Shown here piece by piece: positions 20,851-30,189 of a stretch of 64,000 bases of DNA. The position numbers and the translations under genes were made by a program. Under the pieces are notes generated by a model. That model made no database searches and had not been told where the DNA came from. It was given only the letters and a program-made list of their open reading frames with translations. Numbering within the stretch: position 1 is the first letter of the stretch; each line of letters opens with the position of its first letter. This stretch comes from a virus (taxonomy: Duplodnaviria > Caudoviricetes), in the IMG/VR virus record IMGVR_UViG_3300025030_000042, one strand, 5' to 3'.

Positions 20851-21664
20851 TCGCGTATTCTTTCATAAAGGATTTCGCACCACCCTGGAAATGTAGCATC
20901 AAAAATCTAATATCTCGTTTTAAAATTTGGTTATAACCATAAGGATTTTTGTTAAACCATTTTATTTTTTTGATGCCGTTTTCCATTTCAAAAAAGTCTG
21001 ACTGGTTGATATTGTGATCAAAAGTTGTATCATCCGAAAATATTGTGCTCGTTTCTCCGACCATTCCAGGGTTATTATATCCGTCGTTTGAAAAAATATC
21101 CCAAATGGTCATATCGTTGGCGCCGCCCGCACGACCATTTTCTTGAAGATTTTTGAAGTGATAAAAACACTTATTAAAGTTAAACTTGTCTTTTTTAGAA
21201 TAAATGTTTGTTGTCAGTTGACACCATTCATTCAACACTGTTAAATCCATAATAAATGTAATACCGGCGGAAATACGATTTGTTGTGGTATAACGAAAGT
21301 TTTTAAATTTTTCTGCCTCTTCGTTAACATCACAAAACAAAAGCGTATCGCTATCTGTAGTAAAAAATCTATAAATATTATGAAACTTTACAAACTCATT
21401 TAAAATGAACCATCTTGAAAAACAAAATTTCTCAAAATGAATATTATTCGTGCTCATATGTTGATATATTTTTTCAAACTCTTTCGCAGAGTGAAAGTAT
21501 TCTTTGATATTATAATGTTCAATATGATCAAAACGATCGTTTTCTTCTGTTCCCAAAAGAATAATCCGAGACATCGGATTTCTACGGCGGGCTTGTTGAA
21601 TAGAATATTGTAAATAATCAGACCAACCGATATGAATATATATGATTGGAATATTTAAACACAT
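20843..21664 (-). CDS. Putative GT-A glycosyltransferase
   Basis: FCFSRWFILNE, FTTDSD (DxD), GANDMT; context. Confidence 0.55.
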   Translation of the reverse strand: MCLNIPIIYIHIGWSDYLQYSIQQARRRNPMSRIILLGTEENDRFDHIEHYNIKEYFHSAKEFEKIYQHMSTNNIHFEKFCFSRWFILNEFVKFHNIYRFFTTDSDTLLFCDVNEEAEKFKNFRYTTTNRISAGITFIMDLTVLNEWCQLTTNIYSKKDKFNFNKCFYHFKNLQENGRAGGANDMTIWDIFSNDGYNNPGMVGETSTIFSDDTTFDHNINQSDFFEMENGIKKIKWFNKNPYGYNQILKRDIRFLMLHFQGGAKSFMKEYANG

Positions 21665-21847
21665 TTATGATACCTTTTGATAAGAAAAATCTGCCCAAAT
21701 GGGTAAATATATTATTTTTTTCTTACTACACCCATTTACACAATAAAGTTTATAACACAAATATATTCCATGTTGTATCGTTCTCAAAACTAACCGATAA
21801 TCTTCGGTTACGGTTATCAAATCACCAATTTTAAACTTTTTTAACAC
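21665..21847 (-). CDS. KOW/SH3-like microprotein (tandem 1)
   Basis: KKFKIGDLIT...YRLVL...YLCYKLYCVNG...YQKV. Confidence 0.72.
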   Translation of the reverse strand: MLKKFKIGDLITVTEDYRLVLRTIQHGIYLCYKLYCVNGCSKKKIIYLPIWADFSYQKVS

Positions 21848-22029
21848 TATAATACCTTTTGATAAATACTTTCTTGACTAATGGATTGATATATTATTTC
21901 GTTCTTTTTCCACCCATTTATACAATAAAGTTTATAACATAAAAATAATCCTTTTTGTTCTACTCCCAAAACTAACCGATAATGTTCTTTGTGTATTTTA
22001 ACTATCAAATCACCAACTTTAAACTTCAC
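21847..22029 (-). CDS. KOW/SH3-like microprotein (tandem 2, GTG start)
   Basis: KFKVGDLIV...YRLVL...FLCYKLYCING...YQKVL. Confidence 0.72.
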   Translation of the reverse strand: MKFKVGDLIVKIHKEHYRLVLGVEQKGLFLCYKLYCINGWKKNEIIYQSISQESIYQKVL

Positions 22030-22201
22030 AAATTTTCCAATATTTATCAGCATAATAAAAAGTTTCTCGAACAATAAAAAACTTTTTTGTAAAAGAATCG
22101 CCAAAATATAAAGATCTGTAACAGAGATCATTATCAACACTTAAAATAAGTCTATAGTGACCACTGTTATTTGTTACTAAATCCCCAGTCTTAAACTTCA
22201 T
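22019..22201 (-). CDS. KOW/SH3-like microprotein (tandem 3)
   Basis: MKFKTGDLVT...HYRLIL...LCYRSLY. Confidence 0.72.
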   Translation of the reverse strand: MKFKTGDLVTNNSGHYRLILSVDNDLCYRSLYFGDSFTKKFFIVRETFYYADKYWKICEV

Positions 22202-22220
22202 ACTTTTCCCAATATTTTTA

Positions 22221-22439
22221 TTATAATACCTTCTCGTATTGATCGGTGCTCATCCAACTAACCACACAACCTTTTAATGGCGGATTATTTATAAAATAAA
22301 CTTTGACCAATTCAATTCCACATGATAGTCTTTTTATATCCAAAACAAATCTATAACCATATGTACCATCCAATCGTCCAACTAAATCCCCGACCTTAAA
22401 TCTCAAAATGCTTGACATATATTTTATTATTGCCCACAA
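22221..22439 (-). CDS. KOW/SH3-like microprotein (tandem 4)
   Basis: RFKVGDLVG...YRFVL...YEKVL. Confidence 0.7.
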   Translation of the reverse strand: MWAIIKYMSSILRFKVGDLVGRLDGTYGYRFVLDIKRLSCGIELVKVYFINNPPLKGCVVSWMSTDQYEKVL

Positions 22440-22839
22440 GTTTCAAAAACTGTAAATAATCTTTTATATAATCCTTCTCATCATATTCCATTGAACAAAT
22501 AGACATCAAAATCGCATATTCGTTCATAAATGTTATTTCTGCCCACTCCATCTCCGAGTGAAACACACTATCACCTGCCCAAGCATAGATATACCTCTTT
22601 TCGTGCCCGTTGTCAAGCATTATTCGGATTTTTCCCTTAACAATAACAAGCACTTGCTGATTTTGATGATGTGCATGATATCCTCGCGTCTCTCCTGGAG
22701 GAACATCCGTCACAACAAAAATCCGTTGCGGCACAAACGGAATATCAGAAAAACTTATTGGTAAAAGTTTTCCTCTATTCTTTTCGTCATAAATATTAAG
22801 AATATTTCTATTCAAGATATTCATACTTTCTATATTCAT
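22396..22839 (-). CDS. FdtA/QdtA-like cupin 3,4-ketoisomerase
   Basis: DEKNRGKL, PFVPQRIF, RGYHAHH, YDEKDYIKDY. Confidence 0.85.
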   Translation of the reverse strand: MNIESMNILNRNILNIYDEKNRGKLLPISFSDIPFVPQRIFVVTDVPPGETRGYHAHHQNQQVLVIVKGKIRIMLDNGHEKRYIYAWAGDSVFHSEMEWAEITFMNEYAILMSICSMEYDEKDYIKDYLQFLKLVGNNKIYVKHFEI

Positions 22840-23857
22840 GAAGAAACTCTTCTATTTTCTGAATATCGTTTTCTTCTAAAAACGGATGGACTGGAAGAGA
22901 TAATATTTTATCATTTACGCGGTATCCGACATCATTATATTTTCCTTGTAATGCCGGAAGTTCGCTTACGTGATATGAATAATGAATCATATACGGTATT
23001 TCTGATTTGTTGAGTTGTTCAATAATAAAATCTCTATTATTCCATAGAGTTACATATTGATGATATACGCCTCCACGGCGGCCGTCAATACCTTTAATTA
23101 TATTATTATAATGTCTTGCAATCTTTCTTCTTTTGTTGTTTAACTTTTCAAACTTTTTAAGTTTTATATTTAGTATTGTCGCTTGTGTTTCATCTATGCG
23201 CGAGTTGATACCGCCCTCCTCCGTTACCATTCCTCCAGTTTGACCGTAAAACCGAAGTTTTCTTAAAAGTTCATTATCTTCGTCGGAATCAGTTAAAATC
23301 GCACTCGAATCACCATTTGAGTTCAAAGGTTTTGTAGGATAAAAAGAATAACACGCAAAATCAGATAAAAAACCACATCCAGATCCAGTGCTTTGAGCAC
23401 AATCTTCTATTAAAATATGATTATTTTGTTTACAATATGAATATATATCAATCATATTTGCTCGGTTACCAAAAAGATTTACCGGTAATACAATACCGTT
23501 TTGAATATCTGGAAGTTTATTTATATCTATCGTCATACTACGATCAACATCAACATAATGAATATTATTTGTATATTTTTTTATTGCCACCGCAGTAGGC
23601 ATTGCCGTAAAGTTGGGAACTATAACAGTCGCATTTGGATTTTTCTTTAAAGAAATCTGGATACATAACATCAAAGCGTCTGTCGCATTTTTAACAGTTA
23701 TACAATGTTTGCGACCAATATATTCGGCAAAACTTTTTTCAAACTTTTTTGTTTGTTCTCCGAAAAAAAACTGACCGGAACACAATGTTTTCGTAACCTC
23801 ATTTAAAAGTTCCGGTTGATAAAAAAGATAATCTTTTTCTAAATCGTTGAACTTCAA
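22808..23857 (-). CDS. DegT-family PLP aminotransferase (FdtB-like)
   Basis: IEDCAQS, SFYPTKPL, NSRIDE, LSLPVHP. Confidence 0.9.
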   Translation of the reverse strand: MKFNDLEKDYLFYQPELLNEVTKTLCSGQFFFGEQTKKFEKSFAEYIGRKHCITVKNATDALMLCIQISLKKNPNATVIVPNFTAMPTAVAIKKYTNNIHYVDVDRSMTIDINKLPDIQNGIVLPVNLFGNRANMIDIYSYCKQNNHILIEDCAQSTGSGCGFLSDFACYSFYPTKPLNSNGDSSAILTDSDEDNELLRKLRFYGQTGGMVTEEGGINSRIDETQATILNIKLKKFEKLNNKRRKIARHYNNIIKGIDGRRGGVYHQYVTLWNNRDFIIEQLNKSEIPYMIHYSYHVSELPALQGKYNDVGYRVNDKILSLPVHPFLEENDIQKIEEFLHEYRKYEYLE

Positions 23858-24078
23858 AACTTCACCTTCTTTAAATAATCAAATATAATACCACGAAACG
23901 AATGATTACTTACCTTTTCATTTCCAATCCAATAAATAATATATTGATTTTTTTCGTCATCATAACCAATCACCACGCCAACCCCTTTACACCAATCAAC
24001 ACAATAATCAATAATATTAAAACCTTCAAACTTTTTATGTTCTACAAGATCTCCAATATCCAAGTATCTTTTTTTCAT
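23854..24078 (-). CDS. KOW/SH3-like microprotein
   Basis: LDIGDLVEH...GVGVVI...YIIYW. Confidence 0.65.
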   Translation of the reverse strand: MKKRYLDIGDLVEHKKFEGFNIIDYCVDWCKGVGVVIGYDDEKNQYIIYWIGNEKVSNHSFRGIIFDYLKKVKF

Positions 24079-24737
24079 TATTTACATAACAACATCGAAC
24101 CCTTCCAGTCCCCAAAATCCATATTTTCATTATGTTTAATATGTTGCTCAATCTTAAAATGATATATATCAAGCATATTTTCAAACTCAATGAAGTTTAT
24201 TATAGATTGATAGGTTGTTCCACCGTAGGAAGGATTTAGTTTTATGCTCGTTGATTTATATTCAGAAAATAACTGACGATGTAATATTATTTTTCGTGAC
24301 ATCATCAAAACTTTTTCAAAACATTCAAGAGGCTTTTCCAACACATCAATAAACGCATTCATTAAAACAACATCATACTCTTCCACAAAATCTATATTAT
24401 CTTTATAAATATCAAATGTAATATAGGTGTTTGATGGGTTGACTGCTCTTGATACAGCGTTTACGATGTGTGGTAGGTCTGCTCCGATATAAAAATACTC
24501 TGGAAATACTCTTGAAAACTCTGCCGCTCCACACCCGAGTTCAACAATAGAAGACATTTTCGGAATATGAGAAACAAGTGTTTTTAATATTGAAAAATGA
24601 TCGGAGTGTTCTAATATGGGAAATAAAACACCTTGCGCTCCCAAGATCATTTGTTTGGGAGTTGTCTTTTTGTCATACCAACAGGTATCTGTATTATATT
24701 TCTTCTTCTTTTGGGACATTTGCTTTAGAATATTCAA
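24078..24737 (-). CDS. Class I SAM methyltransferase
   Basis: IVELGCGAA, YIGAD. Confidence 0.75.
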   Translation of the reverse strand: MNILKQMSQKKKKYNTDTCWYDKKTTPKQMILGAQGVLFPILEHSDHFSILKTLVSHIPKMSSIVELGCGAAEFSRVFPEYFYIGADLPHIVNAVSRAVNPSNTYITFDIYKDNIDFVEEYDVVLMNAFIDVLEKPLECFEKVLMMSRKIILHRQLFSEYKSTSIKLNPSYGGTTYQSIINFIEFENMLDIYHFKIEQHIKHNENMDFGDWKGSMLLCK

Positions 24738-24900
24738 AAAAACCGTTTATATTATAAAAAACAGAACCGATTTTCATAAAAAAAGAGTTGACAACTAAAT
24801 ATCTATGTTTTCCCAAATAAACCCTATATGATTTTTTATTCCCCTTCAAACAATATACCAAATCCCCAACTTTAAACTTTTCCGGTTCGCTTGAACTCAC
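24694..24900 (-). CDS. KOW/SH3-like microprotein
   Basis: EKFKVGDLVY. Confidence 0.65.
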   Translation of the reverse strand: MSSSEPEKFKVGDLVYCLKGNKKSYRVYLGKHRYLVVNSFFMKIGSVFYNINGFFEYSKANVPKEEEI

Positions 24901-25126
24901 TGATTTTCTCGTTTTGAAGTGTCCATAGTTCGTTGACTTGTTTTTGAAGTGCCGCCAAAGAAATATTGGAAGACTTACAAATAAAACAAGTTAAACTAAC
25001 CAACGCATTTAAAACTGGAACAATAGAATCTGGCTGTCTCATCCAATCTGTTCTATCACGAAGTTCTTCAAGTCTCTTTCGCAACCCCATATACACCATA
25101 TTCGTTTTTTCTTCAAGAGTCATCAT
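24872..25126 (-). CDS. Hypothetical helical protein
   Basis: Coupled ORF. Confidence 0.55.
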   Translation of the reverse strand: MMTLEEKTNMVYMGLRKRLEELRDRTDWMRQPDSIVPVLNALVSLTCFICKSSNISLAALQKQVNELWTLQNEKISEFKRTGKV

Positions 25127-25316
25127 TTTGTTTTATCTCCTTGTAATGTAAGTAAACATAGTTTTTTGTAAAACTAACTATTTGACCAGAACAAATGCCG
25201 TTAATTCTTAACAAATAGTAACGATCGCCAGTTACCTTGTAAACAAATCTTATAAGTCCATAAAATTTTTCTATAATAAGATCTCCAACTTTAAACTTTG
25301 TTTTTTTCATCTTCAA
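25113..25316 (-). CDS. KOW/SH3-like microprotein
   Basis: TKFKVGDLII. Confidence 0.65.
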   Translation of the reverse strand: MKMKKTKFKVGDLIIEKFYGLIRFVYKVTGDRYYLLRINGICSGQIVSFTKNYVYLHYKEIKQNDDS

Positions 25317-26172
25317 ATCTTTTTAAGAGTTCTGGCAATGTTTTCTGAATCGGTTCCGGATGTGTTCCTTCAAACTTTGCCGTAAACGCTGGTCCTCTAT
25401 ATTCCGGTTTGAACTCGTGCGTGCCAGAATAGAGGTGCTCCGTCATTTCTCTTTCTTCATCTGTTTCTGAAGATATCCACGGTAAATACACACGATTGAA
25501 GTAATCTGGAATGATCTTGTTAATAGCAACCTTACTTTCGTAATACTCCATTTTCTGTTTGACTTGACTCGGAAAACAATAGCTGTAGTGATACATCATC
25601 AAACCGATTTCATTGAACATTTGATCACTGGAAATATGTTTTTGTTGTATCGGCGATTTATGTTGAATCGTTGGTGGACGGTGTGTTTTCCAAAAACAAT
25701 CAGGGGTTAGACGAAACGCCCTCAAAAAATTATCGGTTGCCTGTTCAAATCCGGTCACATATCTATCAAATCCACCATAAAACGAATAGGGCTTGACTCC
25801 GCACGAGGTTGGTTGCTCCTTCTCCAAAAACCGAATCACATTTTCAATATCTTCGGACTTGTAACACTCGTCGCTGTCAATCTGAAAAAGGTAATCGGCG
25901 TTCGCTTCGTTCACAAACTTCATATATGCGTTACATTGTTGATCTTTTTCGGACCATTGACCGTGAACGATTTTGATTTTGCCAGTGGGATCTGGAAAAG
26001 AATACAAAATATTATTTGTGTTGTCCGATGAGGTTTTGTGTCCCTTATCTTGCCAGTAACGGACCGGTCCTTGCGCTATTGCGATGACCGAGGCATATGG
26101 ATAAACACATTCAAGAACTTGTCGTAAAACATAATCGCTGTTAAAGGTAATCATTCCGAAGGCGAGTTTCAT
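25291..26172 (-). CDS. GT2-like glycosyltransferase
   Basis: AFGMITFN, YLFQIDSDE, YHYSY; start trimmed to MKLAF. Confidence 0.7.
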   Translation of the reverse strand: MKLAFGMITFNSDYVLRQVLECVYPYASVIAIAQGPVRYWQDKGHKTSSDNTNNILYSFPDPTGKIKIVHGQWSEKDQQCNAYMKFVNEANADYLFQIDSDECYKSEDIENVIRFLEKEQPTSCGVKPYSFYGGFDRYVTGFEQATDNFLRAFRLTPDCFWKTHRPPTIQHKSPIQQKHISSDQMFNEIGLMMYHYSYCFPSQVKQKMEYYESKVAINKIIPDYFNRVYLPWISSETDEEREMTEHLYSGTHEFKPEYRGPAFTAKFEGTHPEPIQKTLPELLKRFEDEKNKV

Positions 26173-26176
26173 TTGG

Positions 26177-26368
26177 TTATTTTCCAACAAGTAACTTTCT
26201 ACAATGCCGAAACGCATTATATATCATATCTCGTTCAAGATTACAATAGTTTACTCTATTTTGTTCATTTTGACAACTATCACTAAAAAACTTATTTGTA
26301 TAATATCCCGAAAAAAAGAATACCGTCATAAGCAAAAGCATTATGAATATAATTTTAAGTTTCATCAT
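26177..26368 (-). CDS. Small membrane-anchored hypothetical
   Basis: N-terminal hydrophobic helix. Confidence 0.5.
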   Translation of the reverse strand: MMKLKIIFIMLLLMTVFFFSGYYTNKFFSDSCQNEQNRVNYCNLERDMIYNAFRHCRKLLVGK

Positions 26369-26576
26369 TTAATTTCCAAACACAAAACTGTGATTTGATA
26401 TTTGTTATTGTTACTTTTTCAATATAAACTTTTCTACACCTTTTGGCACAAAGAAAAAGAACCTTAACATAATCGCGTCCTAAAATCCTGTTTTCTCCAC
26501 AAACAAGCCCCATACACTTATCGTAATCTGAATAAACCAGATCGCCAACTGATAGTTCTAATCTTATCATTCCCAA
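26355..26576 (-). CDS. KOW/SH3-like microprotein
   Basis: LSVGDLVY...MGLV...VKVLF. Confidence 0.62.
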   Translation of the reverse strand: MGMIRLELSVGDLVYSDYDKCMGLVCGENRILGRDYVKVLFLCAKRCRKVYIEKVTITNIKSQFCVWKLNDET

Positions 26577-27478
26577 TGCTCTTCAATCTTTTTAATCTTT
26601 TTAATCTTTTTCCAGTTTTCTTTACACACGAAATAATATTCAGTGTAACGCTCCCGATTCTCAATGTCAAGCGAAAATATTCCTGTGATTCCGTGCCTTT
26701 GCGCGGGCACAAAAAAATCTTTTTCGTAATCTGCCCGAAAATCCGAAAAGTGAAAGAAATCTGGATTTCCCTTTACTGTTCTAAAACTCCAAGGTGCTTT
26801 TTGAATAATCCCAGCATCATCCAAGATACAAATATTATGTTCGCCAAATAACTCTGGAAATAGATTTAAATATTTCTGATCTCCACATTGACCATATTCT
26901 TTCACATATTCGTTATTCGGGTTTAATAACCAGTTTCGCCAAGTATAAAGACAAGAGTTACCTATGCGATCGTTTTTGAAATAAGTAAACGAAACATTAT
27001 ATTTTCCGTTATTTTCATCCGACGCATTATTTTTAACAATGCCGATACTTTTATTTTCTATTTTATCCACAATATTTTGAACATCGGAATAGAAATAAAC
27101 ATCGGAATCAACATAAATGACCGAATCTGGATTATATGTTTCCAGAACGTAATAAGAAAAGAACGATGCTAAACACCACATCATTTCCATTCGTTTTGGA
27201 TCAATATTTTTTTTATTGCCCACATTCATTGCTTCAAATGATAGTGGCTTTTTGAGAAGTTGAAGATAATCTTGATCGACGTGTAGAACTCTTATATCAA
27301 CTGGGATTATATTTTTATATTGCCCATTCTGTATCTCGTCTCGAAAAAACTCATATATTTCATTATCAAGACAAAGATAATACAGTTTAAAGTCTTTTGT
27401 GTGTTTTTCTAACGATTGATATAATGATAGACCTTGAGGAAGGAAGTTGATATCAGATAGAGTTGTTAAAGTTATCAT
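26567..27478 (-). CDS. GT-A glycosyltransferase
   Basis: LYYLCLD, YVDSDVYF, GDQKYLN. Confidence 0.75.
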   Translation of the reverse strand: MITLTTLSDINFLPQGLSLYQSLEKHTKDFKLYYLCLDNEIYEFFRDEIQNGQYKNIIPVDIRVLHVDQDYLQLLKKPLSFEAMNVGNKKNIDPKRMEMMWCLASFFSYYVLETYNPDSVIYVDSDVYFYSDVQNIVDKIENKSIGIVKNNASDENNGKYNVSFTYFKNDRIGNSCLYTWRNWLLNPNNEYVKEYGQCGDQKYLNLFPELFGEHNICILDDAGIIQKAPWSFRTVKGNPDFFHFSDFRADYEKDFFVPAQRHGITGIFSLDIENRERYTEYYFVCKENWKKIKKIKKIEEHWE

Positions 27479-27774
27479 TAAAAAGTAAAATGTCCGCCTT
27501 TATCTTCAGTGCTTTCTTCAAAAGCAACATCATCGTCATTGCCTATCTCAACCGGAATCTTAAAAGTTTGAATCAAATCCCAAGTACACTTTTCACACAA
27601 ATCAAAAAAATAATCTACATCATCTTCAAATAGTTCTGATTCATAACATCCAGTAATAAACCCACACAATCCAGTATGATTATGTTCATCTGGTTTACAA
27701 GTTTGTCCACATTTATTACAAATAGCGTCAGTTTCTTCTTTATAAACCACTTGTTTTTCTTTATATACTCTCAT
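27478..27774 (-). CDS. Hypothetical Zn-binding phage protein
   Basis: ICNKCG and DLCEKC. Confidence 0.6.
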   Translation of the reverse strand: MRVYKEKQVVYKEETDAICNKCGQTCKPDEHNHTGLCGFITGCYESELFEDDVDYFFDLCEKCTWDLIQTFKIPVEIGNDDDVAFEESTEDKGGHFTF

Positions 27775-27962
27775 TTTATTTTCTCCAGCGAATAGTCGCT
27801 ATGTCTCTGATATTCAGACCATATATCATTATTATGTTTAACCCAATAAACTCTATTGAAATCCCCTATATATTTTTTCACAATAATGCCTAAAGAAGCC
27901 GCATCGGACCAATGTCTCACCAAATCCCCTACTTTAAACTTTTTGTTGTTTTGTTTGATCAT
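27771..27962 (-). CDS. KOW/SH3-like microprotein
   Basis: KKFKVGDLVRH...LGIIVKK...VYW. Confidence 0.7.
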   Translation of the reverse strand: MIKQNNKKFKVGDLVRHWSDAASLGIIVKKYIGDFNRVYWVKHNNDIWSEYQRHSDYSLEKIK

Positions 27963-27986
27963 TTTGATGAAACTACTTTTGCGTTT

Positions 27987-28178
27987 TCATAAATATAACT
28001 TTTTGTTACAAAATAACCAACCCAAGCAGTTTCGGCGTATTTGGGATATATAATATGCCAAAATATTGTCTTCAAATTTCTCTATCTCATATATAGCTCC
28101 AATATAATGTTTATAGAGAGTGTTGATTTTTGAATATGAATATTCAATCAAATCGCCCACTTTAAACTTATTATCCAT
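27987..28178 (-). CDS. KOW/SH3-like microprotein
   Basis: NKFKVGDLIEY. Confidence 0.62.
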   Translation of the reverse strand: MDNKFKVGDLIEYSYSKINTLYKHYIGAIYEIEKFEDNILAYYISQIRRNCLGWLFCNKKLYL

Positions 28179-30189
28179 TCATTTCTCGCATTCTTTCAAT
28201 ATACATTTTTTGATACTTACGAAATACTTCAAGTTCTTGTTTTCTCTTCAAATCGTCCGTTTCTTTATTTGATGATAACCCGCGCGGATTCACATAATAG
28301 AGAACTCCGCTTTTGCTCTCCATTTTTTGGAATATAGCACCTCCAAACACCGAACGCAACCAAAACTCCCAATCGGAACAACTAAAATATTCCTCGCTGA
28401 AATGCCCGAATCGATCATGCAACGATTTTCGCCACACTGGCGCACAATGCGGAAGATTCTGTCGCAGAACCGCTTCCACAGAAAACTTTTCCATACGAGC
28501 ATACAATTTCTCTTCTCCGCTGTTGTTTACCCAGTTCTCGTTCGGTTTATGTGTTATATAAGCATCCGAATATACCAGATCCACTTCCTTCGGAGCGCGA
28601 TATAGTGCTTTCATGTGCCGTTCCAAAGACCAAAATGATTTTCGATCATCAAGATTCCAGTTAGATAATATTGTTGATGTAGATAACCTTATCGCTTCAT
28701 TCCAACATCCATATACACCCTTATCTTCGTCAAGAATTTTATAAACTATATTTTCTGGGTATTCAGATTTAAACTTTTCTATTGCCGCATTTTCTTTTTC
28801 AAAATCCGGCGATGTTTTCGGATGAACAAAAACAACTTCGCATTTACTTGGAAACACGGATTGTTCTTTTACATTTTCAATAAAACTATCAATAAACTCG
28901 CCACCTTTAAAAACAGAAGTCAATACAGAAACTTTGGGAAGATCATCTATAGTCACTTTCATTACTGAATGATCCAATAATGCTTCAACAAACTCTTTAT
29001 ATTTATCTTTATTATCAAAATTTTTCTTAATATGTTCTTGAAGTTGTTTTGCTTGAGATTTGAAACGAGAATATCCTTTATATACCTCTCGCAACTTCAT
29101 TTTAAACGAACCTTGCTTCGGATATGCCCATTGACTTTCTGGAATCAATACATTATTCCAAACGGCTTCTTTTTGAATGGGCTTGATATCGTAATCTACT
29201 TTAGCAAATAAAGGTTTATTTTTTGTTTTACCGTCTTTTTCTGTAACCGAAGCATAAAGAAAATCGGTTTGTCCGCCCCAATCGATCGTTATAACAGGGG
29301 TGCCGTAAGTTGCGGAATCGAATAAAGAAAAACTCCACCCTTCTCCGTGAGATATACAAATCGTTGCTTTAATCTTTTTGTGACTGTACAACCCCGCCAT
29401 TTCTTCTTGAGAAAGATCACCGTGAAGCAAGTGAACAGAACATTTACGCTCTTTATAATCTTTCAAAACATATTCAAGTTTCTTTTCTGTGTGTTCTCTA
29501 TCCATCATTGAATGATTTCGCAAACTCGTCTTTACAACTAATCCCACCGGAACATCAATAAACTCTTCCACAAACCAACGAACAGTATTTTCAAAGTTCT
29601 TTCTTATACTCCACTGCGACATAAGAAGAAAGTTAAAATCGTGCGGTAATGAATCTAGATTCAAATCTTTTGGTTCTTGTTTTGGATAAGCATAATGAAC
29701 AACCTTGACTGGTTTTTGAACACGATAATCTTTTATGATTTCACCGGTTTGATTATTTTTTGCTTCATATGAAGTTGTATCAAAACCATATTTTGCGTGA
29801 TTAGATATTACAAGAACACGATCAAAAATCTCATTTATTTTTGATACCCATTCTCCAGAGATTTTCGTTGTTTCAATGCCCGAAGTATAAAGAACATCAA
29901 CCGGAGCCATTTTGGCAACTTCTTTTTCATTGGGGATTGAAATCTGAAGACTCATATCAAACTGCCCACCTTGTTGAAGGTAAAGTTGAGTCTTTAAAAG
30001 AAGAGAATCAATCCATTTTCTTTCTTCGGTGTCCTCAAAACTCCAACCACATTGCCCCCACGGTAGAGAAACAGCATATATATCAAAATATTCTTCATAT
30101 TCGCGAAGCGCGCGCAAAGCAAATCTTGCTTGTTCGCCATATCCCGCTGTAACCAATATAGGAGCACGAACCAATATTTTCTTTTTCAT
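28171..30189 (-). CDS. Bifunctional glycosyltransferase (GT4-like + GT2)
   Basis: TAGYGEQAR, SHGEGW; then KVSVLTSVFKG, NWNLDDR, DWEFWLR. Confidence 0.85.
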   Translation of the reverse strand: MKKKILVRAPILVTAGYGEQARFALRALREYEEYFDIYAVSLPWGQCGWSFEDTEERKWIDSLLLKTQLYLQQGGQFDMSLQISIPNEKEVAKMAPVDVLYTSGIETTKISGEWVSKINEIFDRVLVISNHAKYGFDTTSYEAKNNQTGEIIKDYRVQKPVKVVHYAYPKQEPKDLNLDSLPHDFNFLLMSQWSIRKNFENTVRWFVEEFIDVPVGLVVKTSLRNHSMMDREHTEKKLEYVLKDYKERKCSVHLLHGDLSQEEMAGLYSHKKIKATICISHGEGWSFSLFDSATYGTPVITIDWGGQTDFLYASVTEKDGKTKNKPLFAKVDYDIKPIQKEAVWNNVLIPESQWAYPKQGSFKMKLREVYKGYSRFKSQAKQLQEHIKKNFDNKDKYKEFVEALLDHSVMKVTIDDLPKVSVLTSVFKGGEFIDSFIENVKEQSVFPSKCEVVFVHPKTSPDFEKENAAIEKFKSEYPENIVYKILDEDKGVYGCWNEAIRLSTSTILSNWNLDDRKSFWSLERHMKALYRAPKEVDLVYSDAYITHKPNENWVNNSGEEKLYARMEKFSVEAVLRQNLPHCAPVWRKSLHDRFGHFSEEYFSCSDWEFWLRSVFGGAIFQKMESKSGVLYYVNPRGLSSNKETDDLKRKQELEVFRKYQKMYIERMREMNG

